61,891 nt of DNA from a virus (lineage: Duplodnaviria; Caudoviricetes). The position numbers and the translations under genes are program-made. The notes under the pieces are model-generated. The model had not been told where the DNA came from. It saw only the letters and a list, made by a program, of their open reading frames with translations, and made no database searches. Shown piece after piece: positions 1 through 9,272 of this stretch (position 1 is the first letter of the stretch; each line of letters opens with the position of its first letter). The stretch lies in IMG/VR virus record IMGVR_UViG_3300037242_000090, positions 1 through 61,891 of that record, one strand, 5' to 3'.

Positions 1-141
1 GACGCCGAGCGCCCTGGAAGCTGCGGGCTGGACGCTGAGCGCCCTGGAAGCTGCGGGGTGGACGCCGAGCGACGTGGAAGCTGCGGGGTGGACGCCGAGC
101 TCCCTGGTAGCTGCGGGCTGGACGCTGAGCGACGTGGAAGC
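1..141 (+). repeat. 30-bp tandem repeat, continuing from 61772-61891
   Basis: Units of GACGCCGAGCGCCCTGGAAGCTGCGGGSTG. Bases 1-22 are identical to 61870-61891. Confidence 0.95.
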
Positions 142-472
142 CATCCAATCAGACGCCGAATCGGACATAAAAGAAAAAGCAATCAAGATGGGTCGCGATG
201 AATCGATGTTCGTCTGCGAAACGCTCCGGCTCGGGTTAATGGATGGTTCACAATACGGCACCCTGCTGGAAAGTTGCGGCTGCTTCATTGGAAGCGCCGC
301 AAAAAAGGCCGGGCTGAGCACTGGAGAATTTTGCCGCAAAGCTGGCATTGTGCGCGATGGATCAAGCCCAGCCGAAAAATGGTTCATCGGAATTCGCCCT
401 GGCGATACGCCGGAAAACAGCTACGCCGCGAATATGGGCGTGAAGTGGATCGAAGAGTTGTGGAATAAGTAA
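1..472 (+). CDS. 3' part of a 10-aa-repeat (AGWTPSALEA) protein that starts at 61637 and crosses the contig junction
   Basis: Frame open from base 2 to the stop at 472. The C-terminus (GSQYG..CGCFIG..SSPAEKWFIGIRPGDTPE..W) resembles the domain that follows pentapeptide repeats in phage proteins. Confidence 0.75.
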   Translation, partial: TPSALEAAGWTLSALEAAGWTPSDVEAAGWTPSSLVAAGWTLSDVEAIQSDAESDIKEKAIKMGRDESMFVCETLRLGLMDGSQYGTLLESCGCFIGSAAKKAGLSTGEFCRKAGIVRDGSSPAEKWFIGIRPGDTPENSYAANMGVKWIEELWNK

Positions 473-487
473 TCTGGACCAGCATCG

Positions 488-647
488 GATATACTTGGCT
501 CATGCGCCAAAATGGCAGCTCAAAGAAAAACGAGAAAAATCGTAAAAATCGCAAATAGGCACTTGACGCATGCGCCGATACTCGATAGGATACAGGCGTC
601 GGATGGAATTGGCCAGCCGACAGGACCGGCGAAAGCCGGAAGGAAAA
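488..647 (+). repeat. Duplicated TIR + promoter + leader module, copy 2 (copy 1 at 61003-61162)
   Basis: ~160-bp imperfect direct repeat: ATATACTTGGCTCAT, A-rich tract, promoter, two hairpins, AGGAAAA RBS. Confidence 0.9.
563..591 (+). promoter_or_regulatory. sigma70-type promoter TTGACG-17-TAGGAT
   Basis: Near-consensus hexamers with 17-bp spacing, upstream A-rich tract, and conservation in the second copy. Confidence 0.75.
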
Positions 648-651
648 TCAG

Positions 652-981
652 ATGAACGGCGAAATGAAATCACACTATGAACTTTCGCGAGGCAACGAAT
701 GGCTGAGTTCTCACTCTACCTTAGAGGCTGCGGCTGCGGCTGCAAAAATAATAATATCCGACGAAAATCCTCAATTTCGAATGACGCCCGTCGGCTCCGG
801 CCGATTAAATGAATTTTCGACCGCAATGCTTGCCCACAATCTTTCGATCTGCGAGTCCACGATCGTGGAGCGTTCCCCCGACCCAGAAACCGCCATGGCC
901 GCAAGGAAAAAATGGGCCGAAATGCAGAAAAACGGCCTAGGATGGGACGGAACAGCCGCGACGTACCGTCCCGTGGAATAA
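652..981 (+). CDS. hypothetical protein (IS passenger)
   Basis: ATG after AAGGAAAA RBS, downstream of the promoter; 109 aa. Confidence 0.7.
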   Translation: MNGEMKSHYELSRGNEWLSSHSTLEAAAAAAKIIISDENPQFRMTPVGSGRLNEFSTAMLAHNLSICESTIVERSPDPETAMAARKKWAEMQKNGLGWDGTAATYRPVE

Positions 982-1097
982 TGAATCCTTGCCGCGCCGC
1001 AGCGCAAGCTGGAAACCAGCTAGGCTTCGGCCAAGATTAGCTCGGTGCTCGTAGGCTGTGAGAGAGCATCCGGCGCGGCTCCTTCGGGAGAGCGAAA

Positions 1098-2042
1098 ATG
1101 GACGAACCCAACTCACTACTTGCGGCCGCGCAATACTTCGCCGATCCGGCGGTCTGCAATCAGTACATGCGGCGGATCAAGTGGCCAGACGGGAAAATCG
1201 CGTGCCCTAAATGTTCGGGCGCGAATATCGGCGAAATCGCCACGCGCCACATTCTGCAATGTCGCGATTGCGGCAAGCAGTTTTCGTACAAAGTCGGCAC
1301 GATTTTTGAGGACTCTCCGCTTGGCCTCGATAAATGGTTCACGGCGGTTTGGTCCGTCGCCAATGCGAAAAACGGGATTAGCAGTCACGAATTAGGCCGG
1401 GCAATGGGTGTGACCCAAAAGACGGCATGGTTTATGACACACCGGATTCGCGAGGCCATGACGACGGGAACATTCCGCAAGCTGTCGGGGACCGTTGAGA
1501 CGGACGAAACTTTCGTCGGCGGCAAAGCCGAGAACATGCACAAGAAAATCCGAGAAAAGAAGATTCGCGGGCGCGGAGCAGTTGGCAAGCGAATCGTTCA
1601 CGGCCTATTGGAGCGCGGCGGCGAGGTCCGCGCCAAGGTCGTTGACTCGACGGAAGCCGCCGATCTCCATCCCGTCATAATTTCTAACGTCGAAAAAGGC
1701 GCGAATCTCTACAGTGATGCCGCTGCCAGCTACGAAGCACTGGCGAGCCGCTACGCCCATGAAGCGGTCAACCACGCCATCGAGTACGTCCGTGAAAATG
1801 TCCACACGAATGGTATGGAGAATTTCTGGGCATTATTCAAACGCTGCATCAAGGGTACGCATATCCAGCTTTCGCCGATGCACCTACAGCGGTATGTGGA
1901 CGAAGAGGTTTTCCGATTCAACCAGCGCAAGACGGATGATGCTGGACGGTTCGCGGCCCTGATGGCACAGACTCCCGGAAAGCGGTTGACCTACAGGCTT
2001 TTAACCGGACAAGACGGTGCCGGATTCATGGGACTCGAATGA
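1098..2042 (+). CDS. IS1595-family transposase
   Basis: N-terminal Zn ribbon (CPKC...CRDC), GTIFEDS, HTH (ISSHELGRAMGVTQKTAW), catalytic motifs ETDETFVGG, YSD, VNH, HTNGMENFW and YVDEEVFRFN. Confidence 0.95.
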   Translation: MDEPNSLLAAAQYFADPAVCNQYMRRIKWPDGKIACPKCSGANIGEIATRHILQCRDCGKQFSYKVGTIFEDSPLGLDKWFTAVWSVANAKNGISSHELGRAMGVTQKTAWFMTHRIREAMTTGTFRKLSGTVETDETFVGGKAENMHKKIREKKIRGRGAVGKRIVHGLLERGGEVRAKVVDSTEAADLHPVIISNVEKGANLYSDAAASYEALASRYAHEAVNHAIEYVRENVHTNGMENFWALFKRCIKGTHIQLSPMHLQRYVDEEVFRFNQRKTDDAGRFAALMAQTPGKRLTYRLLTGQDGAGFMGLE

Positions 2043-2152
2043 AAAAACCAAAGGGATTCAAGGCGTTCGATTCGCTCGCTCGGCTACTCGTTCAAGTGCC
2101 AAAATCTGAGCTTCCGGCTCGCAAACCCAAGTGGAAACGGAAGAAAAAGTGA
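2039..2152 (+). CDS. small basic IS1595-associated peptide (MKKPKGFKAFDSLARLLVQVPKSEL...)
   Basis: ATGA-coupled to the transposase stop; homologues at 20418, 56688 and ~58196. Confidence 0.75.
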   Translation: MKKPKGFKAFDSLARLLVQVPKSELPARKPKWKRKKK

Positions 2153-2246
2153 ACAGCGCTTTTATTCAAAAAACGGTGCTCAATGAGCCAAGTATATCAA
2201 TCCCAATCTGATTACCGGAATGTCCCTGGGGATGGAGTATAAAATG

Positions 2247-2269
2247 GGTGATTATATACTTGACTCACC
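2247..2269 (+). mobile_element. orphan IS1595-type left TIR
   Basis: GGTGATTATATACTTGACTCACC is 22/23 identical to 28621-28643. Confidence 0.75.
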
Positions 2270-2440
2270 CTGCGACTCCTTGCTTGGCTCGGAATGGAAG
2301 GCGTTTGCATTGCACGGCAAGCCCGGATTGGTAATGGTTTGGAGACCAATCGGCGAATCGAACATCAATGAGGCGCTTCGGACCTGCACAACGTGCAGAC
2401 AGTTCGGAAACTGGATTTTCGGCATCAGCGTGAGGACGAA

Positions 2441-2644
2441 ATGACCCAACGGCTTCTCGAACTCAAAGATCAGATCGCCATTCGGGCCGAAGCAATCCGG
2501 GCATTGTTCAAGCCGGGAGCTAAGGTCACGATTGTTGTTACACAACCGGCGCATCGCGGCGACGCTGGCGTTGTCGTCACTGGCGACGATATCGACACCG
2601 TAATAGCCGAGCTTCAAAGAGCAAAGGAAAGACGGGACACATGA
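2441..2644 (+). CDS. hypothetical protein
   Basis: GAGG RBS; ATGA-coupled to the next gene. Confidence 0.65.
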   Translation: MTQRLLELKDQIAIRAEAIRALFKPGAKVTIVVTQPAHRGDAGVVVTGDDIDTVIAELQRAKERRDT

Positions 2645-3039
2645 AAAAGCCCAAAGGCCACACATTTTTCGATGCCCACGGAACGACGCCCTATATGACG
2701 CGATACACGCTCATCGATTGTCGATGGTTCACTTTGAAGCTACACCACTTTCATCGTGGCGATTCTGATCCGGATTTTCACGATCATCCTTGGCCGTTTG
2801 TCGCCTTGATTTTGTGCGGCGGCTATTGGGAGCACACGTCGCGGGGCATTTCATGGAAGGCTCCCGGATCACTCGTATTGCATCGAGCGGCGGATGCTCA
2901 TCGCGTAACGATGGCATCGCCGACATGGACGCTTCTGCTTTGTGGAAAGAAGGTCCGGGACTGGGGATTTCATACTCCATCCGGATGGTGTCGATGGAAA
3001 ACTTATGTGGCCGGGGCGGCCGCTGGGGGTGCGCGATGA
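2641..3039 (+). CDS. cupin-like phage protein
   Basis: LHHFHRGDSDPDFHDHPWPF..LCGGYWEH...HRV..WTL..WGF motif set. Confidence 0.75.
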   Translation: MKKPKGHTFFDAHGTTPYMTRYTLIDCRWFTLKLHHFHRGDSDPDFHDHPWPFVALILCGGYWEHTSRGISWKAPGSLVLHRAADAHRVTMASPTWTLLLCGKKVRDWGFHTPSGWCRWKTYVAGAAAGGAR

Positions 3040-3545
3040 CGGCGATGGAGATCCTGATGAAGGAGTTTGCCTATTGGCGGGACCGGCCAGAGGGCAGCGT
3101 GGCTGCTCCGGGGACCGAGATCGGGGCGATGGGCGCGATCGCGAATGTAATCGCGGCGATTCATGGACATCCGGCGCCCTGGCATATGGGCAAGCTCGGC
3201 GCAATGGACTGCTACCGGACCGAGGACCTGCTGCGCATTGGCATGAAGCTCTATCGCCAGATTCGAGACGAGGACGAGGCGTGGAGCCGCAAGGTCCAGC
3301 GCGGTCATACTAAATTTGATCCTGAAATTGCCCGGCACTTCCGTAAGCGATATGAGGAATGGTACGCACCGTGCGACGCCGTGCTCGTTCTCGTGCAGGA
3401 CATGGAAAGGGATTACGGCCCACTTGCGGGAGGCAACGAATTCAAACTCGCCCGCGTCACAGTCAAACGGATTTTGGCTACGCCCATAGATCAAGTCTGC
3501 AATTCAATGGAACGGATCGCTAAGGGCGACTACGAAGCCTTATGA
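3036..3545 (+). CDS. hypothetical protein
   Basis: ATGA overlap with the upstream gene; open frame. Confidence 0.6.
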   Translation: MTAMEILMKEFAYWRDRPEGSVAAPGTEIGAMGAIANVIAAIHGHPAPWHMGKLGAMDCYRTEDLLRIGMKLYRQIRDEDEAWSRKVQRGHTKFDPEIARHFRKRYEEWYAPCDAVLVLVQDMERDYGPLAGGNEFKLARVTVKRILATPIDQVCNSMERIAKGDYEAL

Positions 3546-3636
3546 CTGCCCCAGGGGAAGGTAGCGGAACGTTCACGACGGCAGTATTCAAGGGAATCCG
3601 GACGTCCAACCCAATCACAAGCCGGCCACCGCACCC

Positions 3637-3918
3637 ATGGCGCCCGACCGTATCGAGTGTGGGGGCTGCGGCACCAGCATCATGTGCGGGAGCTTCACCG
3701 ACTCGCCAGCCCAATACCTGGACGATCTGAAGGCATGGGCCATCCGCCGGGCCGCGCCGTGCGATACCTGTGGCGCCGTGACCGTCTGGTGGGAACTGGC
3801 ATCCGAGCATGGGCGTCCGCTCGGGACGATTTTGCAGGTGCAGACGCCACGGGTGTTGCGGGGAGATGCGGCGCGGGAGTTTTTTTATTCACGGGATAAT
3901 GCCGCGTCCAATTGCTGA
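3637..3918 (+). CDS. hypothetical Cys-pair (Zn-binding?) protein
   Basis: Contains CGGC and CDTC pairs. Confidence 0.4.
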   Translation: MAPDRIECGGCGTSIMCGSFTDSPAQYLDDLKAWAIRRAAPCDTCGAVTVWWELASEHGRPLGTILQVQTPRVLRGDAAREFFYSRDNAASNC

Positions 3919-3945
3919 TCGAGTCGGCGGTGCAACTGCGCAGCA

Positions 3946-3982
3946 GAGTCTATCCAACCCCGCCCTGAGAGCAATCCGCAAC
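3946..3982 (-). repeat. fixed-end repeat, 37-bp inverted copy
   Basis: Exact reverse complement of the first 37 bp of 24802-24892. Confidence 0.95.
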
Positions 3983-4049
3983 TGGTCGCCTGTCCGGCAT
4001 TTTTATTGCGCCAAGAATCCTACCGCGCGTTTCTTCTAATACAAGTAGA

Positions 4050-4646
4050 TTATTTCTTCGGCGGCTTCCCATCACCGCCCCTTGGTTTTCCCGACGCCGC
4101 CTTTTTCACCCCCGGCTCCTGCCACTCCCTGATGCCACCCCATAGCAAAGCGATTACCGCTGCGTCGTGGGTGACGTCGTTGGATTTGGCATAGGAACGC
4201 ACCTGTGCGGCCAGATCGGGCGGCAGGGCCGAAGTCGCCGGAAGTGACGGGAACTGGCTGGAAGTCGCCGGGAGTGGCGTGGAGTGGCGGCCAGCGTCGG
4301 TGGGCTTCTGCGCATCTCCCCCGCCCAGCGGGGCGGCGGGTGGGGCAACCGATGATTCAGTGTCGGGAACGACGAATGCTGCGTAGAATTCGTCCTGAGA
4401 CATCTTCAGGGCTTTGGCCCAGAGCCTTGTCGCATTCGTGAAGATGGGTGCCCGCTCCTGGCGTTCCACCTTGTAGATGCCGCTGGCGGAATAGCCCACC
4501 TCAATACCAAACGACGCTTGGCTATATCCAGCCTTCTTTCGCGCCTTGGCAAATTTTCTGCCAAAAATCTTGACGGTTCTTTCGTCTGTTTCTTCTTCCG
4601 TAACCATGGATGGATCAATCATTAACGGCGTCGGCTGATCCATCAA
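4050..4646 (-). CDS. CI-like XRE HTH repressor
   Basis: FGRKFAKARKKAGYSQASFGIEVGYSASGIYKVER HTH, divergent from the cro-like gene. Confidence 0.8.
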   Translation of the reverse strand: MMDQPTPLMIDPSMVTEEETDERTVKIFGRKFAKARKKAGYSQASFGIEVGYSASGIYKVERQERAPIFTNATRLWAKALKMSQDEFYAAFVVPDTESSVAPPAAPLGGGDAQKPTDAGRHSTPLPATSSQFPSLPATSALPPDLAAQVRSYAKSNDVTHDAAVIALLWGGIREWQEPGVKKAASGKPRGGDGKPPKK

Positions 4647-4647
4647 C

Positions 4648-4710
4648 CTGATTTTATTGTGATTTTTACTCTGATTTTACCTTGACTCTACCGATAGTCA
4701 TAATAAAATG
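4648..4710 (+). promoter_or_regulatory. lysis/lysogeny switch region: TTGACT-16-TAAAAT promoter and three TGATTTT direct repeats
   Basis: AT-rich gap between divergent HTH genes; hexamers at 4682-4687 and 4704-4709. Confidence 0.6.
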
Positions 4711-4718
4711 CTATTCCG

Positions 4719-4943
4719 ATGAGAGATTCATTTAAGAGCATCAGGGAGCGACTGGCCGAATCACAGACGGATTTTGCCGTCCGGGCCGGACTCTCGGTCA
4801 GCACGATCGGCGCGTTTGAATCTGGCCGGGACAGCGAGTTCTCGCCTGGCACAAGGCGCAAGCTGGCCACCGCCTACGGCGTCACCATCGCCGACATTGA
4901 CGCCGCCTGCTCTAGCAAGCCTGCATCGGCGCAGCCGGCCTGA
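4719..4943 (+). CDS. Cro-like HTH protein
   Basis: IRERLAESQTDFAVRAGLSVSTIGAFESG; 74 aa. Confidence 0.85.
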   Translation: MRDSFKSIRERLAESQTDFAVRAGLSVSTIGAFESGRDSEFSPGTRRKLATAYGVTIADIDAACSSKPASAQPA

Positions 4944-5426
4944 GCGTACAGGACTGCCGGATGTGTCCGCCAAGGGAATCCGGCGTAGGGCGGCCGCGCG
5001 TGCAACGGATCGGTTTGGTTTATGACGGATAACGCGGATATGCGGGCGTCCGGCGCCCCGGCGGCGTGAGTGGGGCATCATAAAGGTGTCATGGATGAGA
5101 CACGGGAATTGTGGCGAAGTCTTTCGGTTGCGACAGGAACGGAATGGACCGTAATACGAAACAAACTCGCCGAGAGGTTCCATTAAGCGCCAAGCTGCCG
5201 CCTTGGAGCAATTGTACGACACATTGAAAAACATCGTGGAGTTCGATGACGCCGTTATTGCCCAGGCTTCAGGCGCACAGCCCAACTCCTTCCACAACCC
5301 TCCGTCGCCAGCGCCCAACGGCGCGGCGGCGGATTCACTTTGCGGCGGTGCGGCTGCCGTTAATGACGTGCCGGCAGTCGCGACGTCTGATTTAAGCCAG
5401 GGAAGGATTTCGCCATGGAGTGCCCC

Positions 5427-5810
5427 ATGACAATTTTCGAGAAAATAGTAGCCGTTGACCGGTCAAGGAACGTTGCGTTTACCGCTGTTGAGCGGCTTAC
5501 CGACAAAGCGCAAATGCGCGAGTTCATGGAAGGCTACATCAAGTGGTTGGCGACTAATCCGAGGATCGAGAACGCGAAGGCCGTTGCGGAAGCGGGTTCG
5601 ATCACCTGGGAATCCCTGAGCGACGGGCAGCGCGAGGTGCTGGCCGAGAAGTTCGCCCATGAGCGGGCTGACATGGTGCGCGATGCGCTGCTGGACAACG
5701 ACGAAGGCTTTCCCCTGACGGCTGCTCGGTGCATCGGCCAGAGCATCGTTGATGCATTCTGTGACTGGCGGGAGCAGCGGATTGACGCGATGAACGCGGA
5801 GACAAAATGA
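5427..5810 (+). CDS. hypothetical protein
   Basis: GGAG RBS, open frame with typical codon usage. Confidence 0.65.
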   Translation: MTIFEKIVAVDRSRNVAFTAVERLTDKAQMREFMEGYIKWLATNPRIENAKAVAEAGSITWESLSDGQREVLAEKFAHERADMVRDALLDNDEGFPLTAARCIGQSIVDAFCDWREQRIDAMNAETK

Positions 5811-6119
5811 TCCCAACCAAAAAAGGCGGCGTCGGGATCGCATCGGGGTTGGCGATGGGCATCCTCGCGATTTGCCGCCGGCAAAAACCGTCCGTGACCA
5901 GCGCGACTAGGGATGAGTTCCCCCGGCTCGGCAAGGATCGATGAGCGCCCATGAGAATTCCAGAACGATATTGGTCGCTGATCGCCTGGGCCGAGCAAGG
6001 CGACGCTGATTCTGGCGCCGCGGTCTTGGATGTGGTCCTGGTGGCGATAGTAATGCTGGCGATGCTTTTTTTTGCCCGCCGGTGAACGACTTTAAGGTGT
6101 GCGGCGGAGTCATTGGATG

Positions 6120-6627
6120 GGTACTGACATACTTGGCTCACCATGCACCAAAGTTTAACAAAACCAGCCGATAACAAGTTCCACGTCGGCAACCGCGCAG
6201 ACGGTAAGCACTATTGGCTAACGCCACCAGCGATTTATGCTCAACTCGACGCCGAATTTCATTTTGACTTCGATCCATGCCCTCATCCGCTGCCACCGGG
6301 GTTTGACGGGCTTTTGTGCGAATGGGGGCAATCGAATTATGTCAACCCGCCATTCGGATCCATCATCCACCAGGGATGCAAGAAAGGACCGACGGCATGG
6401 GTGCGGAAGGCCATCGCTGAACACGCCAAGGGCAAGACGGTTGTTTTGGTTTATCCGGTGGACAAATGGGTTTTGATGCTTCTTAACGTCATTGGTGCGA
6501 GCGTTCGCAACCTCGGCGACGTGCGATGGTGCGCGACCGAGGATGGTACGCCGGGAAGGGGAACGGGCCGACACATTGCCTGTTTTACCCTAGGAAGAGG
6601 ACGCGGTGAGTGAAGTATATCAGTACC
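6120..6627 (+). mobile_element. Non-autonomous IS1595-type cassette carrying an adenine MTase
   Basis: 23-bp TIRs 6120-6142 and 6605-6627 match 20/23; perfect 8-bp TSD ATTGGATG at 6112-6119 and 6628-6635. Confidence 0.92.
6143..6613 (+). CDS. phage-type DNA N6-adenine methyltransferase
   Basis: WLTPP, FHFDFDPCP, DGL..EW, YVNPPF motifs. Confidence 0.8.
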   Translation: MHQSLTKPADNKFHVGNRADGKHYWLTPPAIYAQLDAEFHFDFDPCPHPLPPGFDGLLCEWGQSNYVNPPFGSIIHQGCKKGPTAWVRKAIAEHAKGKTVVLVYPVDKWVLMLLNVIGASVRNLGDVRWCATEDGTPGRGTGRHIACFTLGRGRGE

Positions 6628-6672
6628 ATTGGATGATTCCGCTCCGGAGGCGAGCTATAACGCCGCCGGGAT

Positions 6673-6709
6673 GGGCCGGGAGTTTGTTCGGTATTCCCGG
6701 CCCCTTTTT
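6673..6709 (+). terminator. Rho-independent terminator
   Basis: GGGCCGGGA/TCCCGGCCC stem followed by a T run. Confidence 0.55.
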
Positions 6710-6955
6710 GAAAAATTCTCCAGACTGAATGGGAAACGAAAATGTGTCTTGGAATATCGGCTGAAATCGGAATCTTCGACGGGGTGCTCAAAGTCTGGCT
6801 GGGCGACCCCGACTGCACCGGACCGGATCGCGATAGGCATGAAAAGATCAGGAATTTTCACAAACTCAAAATCGATAACGGCGACCCCCGCCGGCATCGC
6901 CCACCGCCCGTCTGAGGCGCGTGAACTTGTGGAAGTTGGAGGCGCGGCATAGCCC

Positions 6956-7507
6956 ATGACCACAGACGCCCCCACAACTCCGCAGCCTACAACATCGCTT
7001 ACTTCGCTGCACGTTCCAGATCTGCAATCTCTGACAATGCAGATTATAGGTCGGGACGCGCAGCTTTCTAAAGAGCAAATCGCCCTGGCGTATGACACCA
7101 TCGCTAGGGTCAAGGAGTTCACCCAAGAACTGAAGATGGCCCTAGACGAGCAAACCATCAACTTTATCAGGGATTACGGCGACTTCTCTGTTGAGGGCAT
7201 CCGTTATTATTTTGGCATCCCCAAAAAGTACAGCATTAATGATGTCGAGCGCGCCCTGGAAGTGGCGCTGGAAGTCGAAGGGGGCGACCTATCCGCCGTC
7301 GCGCAATGGTTCGCATCAGATCCGATCAAGGCTGGGTACGCCCGCTCCCGCCTGGAGGAAAAGGGCAGGCCGGAATTGTTCGACCAGCTTTTCGCAACCG
7401 ACGAAACAGAGGAGGTGAGAGAGGGCAAGCCAAAACAAGAAAAGAAACTGATTAAGGTGAGTGAAGATTTTATACCAAAGCGACTTAACTCAACATCACA
7501 AGGATAA
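6956..7507 (+). CDS. hypothetical protein
   Basis: 183-aa ORF in the recombination operon. Confidence 0.7.
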   Translation: MTTDAPTTPQPTTSLTSLHVPDLQSLTMQIIGRDAQLSKEQIALAYDTIARVKEFTQELKMALDEQTINFIRDYGDFSVEGIRYYFGIPKKYSINDVERALEVALEVEGGDLSAVAQWFASDPIKAGYARSRLEEKGRPELFDQLFATDETEEVREGKPKQEKKLIKVSEDFIPKRLNSTSQG

Positions 7508-7512
7508 TCCAA

Positions 7513-8121
7513 ATGAACATCAACGATGTATACCCGAGCCGATGGCTCAAGGCATCCGATTTAAGCGGAGATACAACCGTCACAATCAAGTCCGTCAAAG
7601 CCGAAAGCGTCGGCAAGGGCAATGATGCCAAAGACAACCGGGCGGTCGCCTATTTTAACGAACTTGAAAAGGGCTGCGTTCTGAATGTGACCAACAAGAA
7701 CACCATCGTCAATCTATATGGTTTGCTCACCGAACAGTGGATCGGTAAGCGTATTACGCTCTTTGCGACCGAAGTGGATTACCAGGGCAGCCAGATTTTG
7801 GCAATTCGTGTGCGGATGCGTGCGCCGGAATCAGCGCAGTCGGCACCAACGGGAGGAGTCCAGGGCGGGATTACCGTCGAACAGCTCAGGGATGAAGCCA
7901 AGCGGGCCGCATGGGCGCAGTTCAAGGCGGCCTATCCGAATTTGGCACAAGATGCTTTGGTTTATCAGTTCAAACAGTCTGCCACTGCGTATTTCAACGG
8001 CACACCGCCGGACGCGACGGGTTGGCGTCGATTCGCTGATGACAGGTTTACTAAACAGCCGGTCACCGCACCGGCTTTCGATGAGATTGGACCGGGCGCC
8101 GACATAGACTGCCCATTTTGA
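7513..8121 (+). CDS. putative phage ssDNA-binding/recombination protein
   Basis: MNINDVYPSRWLKASDL...LNVTN...WIGKRITL family pattern; acidic C-terminus ending in PF. Confidence 0.65.
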   Translation: MNINDVYPSRWLKASDLSGDTTVTIKSVKAESVGKGNDAKDNRAVAYFNELEKGCVLNVTNKNTIVNLYGLLTEQWIGKRITLFATEVDYQGSQILAIRVRMRAPESAQSAPTGGVQGGITVEQLRDEAKRAAWAQFKAAYPNLAQDALVYQFKQSATAYFNGTPPDATGWRRFADDRFTKQPVTAPAFDEIGPGADIDCPF

Positions 8122-8167
8122 TCATCGCCTTAAGCAACGGCGCACGGGATAAACCCCGTTCGCTGTT

Positions 8168-8650
8168 ATGAACATGGCCACAGATCGTGTTGTCAACTTC
8201 TCCGACATTACCCAAAAGCGAGAGCTTTTGTCTAAGCTGGGCGCACTCCGGGGTCGTCAGCGCGTCCGCATAACCAAATTCCAGAGTCACCGGACACTGG
8301 CACAAAATAGTTTCTGGTGGGCGGCGATTATCACGCCATTACGCGATTGGCTCATCGAGCAAACCGGCGATGTAACAATCACGCTGGAACAAACTGCGGT
8401 GATACTCAAGCTGGAAATCAATTGGGTAAAGGAAGTCATCAGCCCCGTGACCGGGGAAGTGCAGCGGATTCCGAAGGACACACACAACCTGGGCGTTTCT
8501 GATTTCTCGGAACTGATTGAGCTTGCGGGCAACTGGGAAGCTAAATTCTGTGATATCGTGATTGCGGACGTAGCGAATTACATCGAGCCGCCGGCGCAGG
8601 CCAAGCCGAAGCGGCTGGTGGAAGCGAAGGAGGCGCAGCATGTCTGTTGA
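8168..8650 (+). CDS. NinB/YbcN-like recombination protein
   Basis: RTLAQNSFWW and T..L.VSDFSELIE motifs. Confidence 0.6.
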   Translation: MNMATDRVVNFSDITQKRELLSKLGALRGRQRVRITKFQSHRTLAQNSFWWAAIITPLRDWLIEQTGDVTITLEQTAVILKLEINWVKEVISPVTGEVQRIPKDTHNLGVSDFSELIELAGNWEAKFCDIVIADVANYIEPPAQAKPKRLVEAKEAQHVC

Positions 8651-9263
8651 AACAACGTATCGGTGCGATATATGTAAAGGAGAAAAGTGCAACGGCAGCA
8701 CCGTTCCCCTTTTTGGATTTAACGTCGGGCGCGATCGCATTAAGGCATGCCCAGTCGCCAAGGCGAATTATCATGCTTGCAGCGGTTGTCTGGATAATCT
8801 CATCAACGCGGGATCGGCACTGTTGCTGGCTTCGCCGCAGCTTCCTTCCGATAAAGCAGGGGCATCGCCTGCACCCCGCCGTCCCCGTCGCGCCACGCTC
8901 CCCACCGGCCTAGGCGTAGACCCCGCGCGTATCGCCGAGCAACCGCCGCCGGATGATGCACCAATTGCTACCACCGGCGCCGAGCCACAGAAACTTGCAA
9001 GCGCTGGCCGCGCTCCCGCGCCGCCCAAAACTGACAGTGAACACGTCAACATAGATGACGCCCTGAGCCAGCCCTGGGACAAACGCCTGATCTTCCTACA
9101 CGATACAGTAGAAAAATTATTACCCGGCTTGATGTTCGATGTGTTCAAAAAAGCGATTGAGCTGAAGATCGGGCTGCTTGGGTACAAGGGCAAGGAATCG
9201 AAGATGCCCACGGAAAAACGTCGGGAACTGTACGAAATGGTTGTTAAGGGAGAGGTGCCGTAG
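8640..9263 (+). CDS. hypothetical protein with N-terminal Zn-finger
   Basis: YRCDIC...HACSGC followed by a Pro-rich linker. Confidence 0.65.
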   Translation: MSVETTYRCDICKGEKCNGSTVPLFGFNVGRDRIKACPVAKANYHACSGCLDNLINAGSALLLASPQLPSDKAGASPAPRRPRRATLPTGLGVDPARIAEQPPPDDAPIATTGAEPQKLASAGRAPAPPKTDSEHVNIDDALSQPWDKRLIFLHDTVEKLLPGLMFDVFKKAIELKIGLLGYKGKESKMPTEKRRELYEMVVKGEVP

Positions 9264-9272
9264 GAGCCACAA

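Larger units (their letters stand above)
482..2204 (+). mobile_element. Autonomous IS1595-type element with passengers. Right TIR 2183-2204; left TIR is either degenerate 482-503 or 60997-61018 across the junction
   Basis: ATGAGCCAAGTATATCAATCCC (2183-2204) is a 21/22 inverted match to GGGATCGATATACTTGGCTCAT (60997-61018). No TSD found. Confidence 0.75.

Noticed and set aside
4037-4057. TIR-like ACAAGTAGATTATTTCT at the end of the repressor gene
   Set aside because: It lacks the terminal CC and a TSD; too degenerate to count, though it could close the 2247 cassette.
4703-4710. ATAAAATG matching the flank of the 2247 TIR as a possible TSD
   Set aside because: No right TIR precedes it; it coincides with the cro -10 box.
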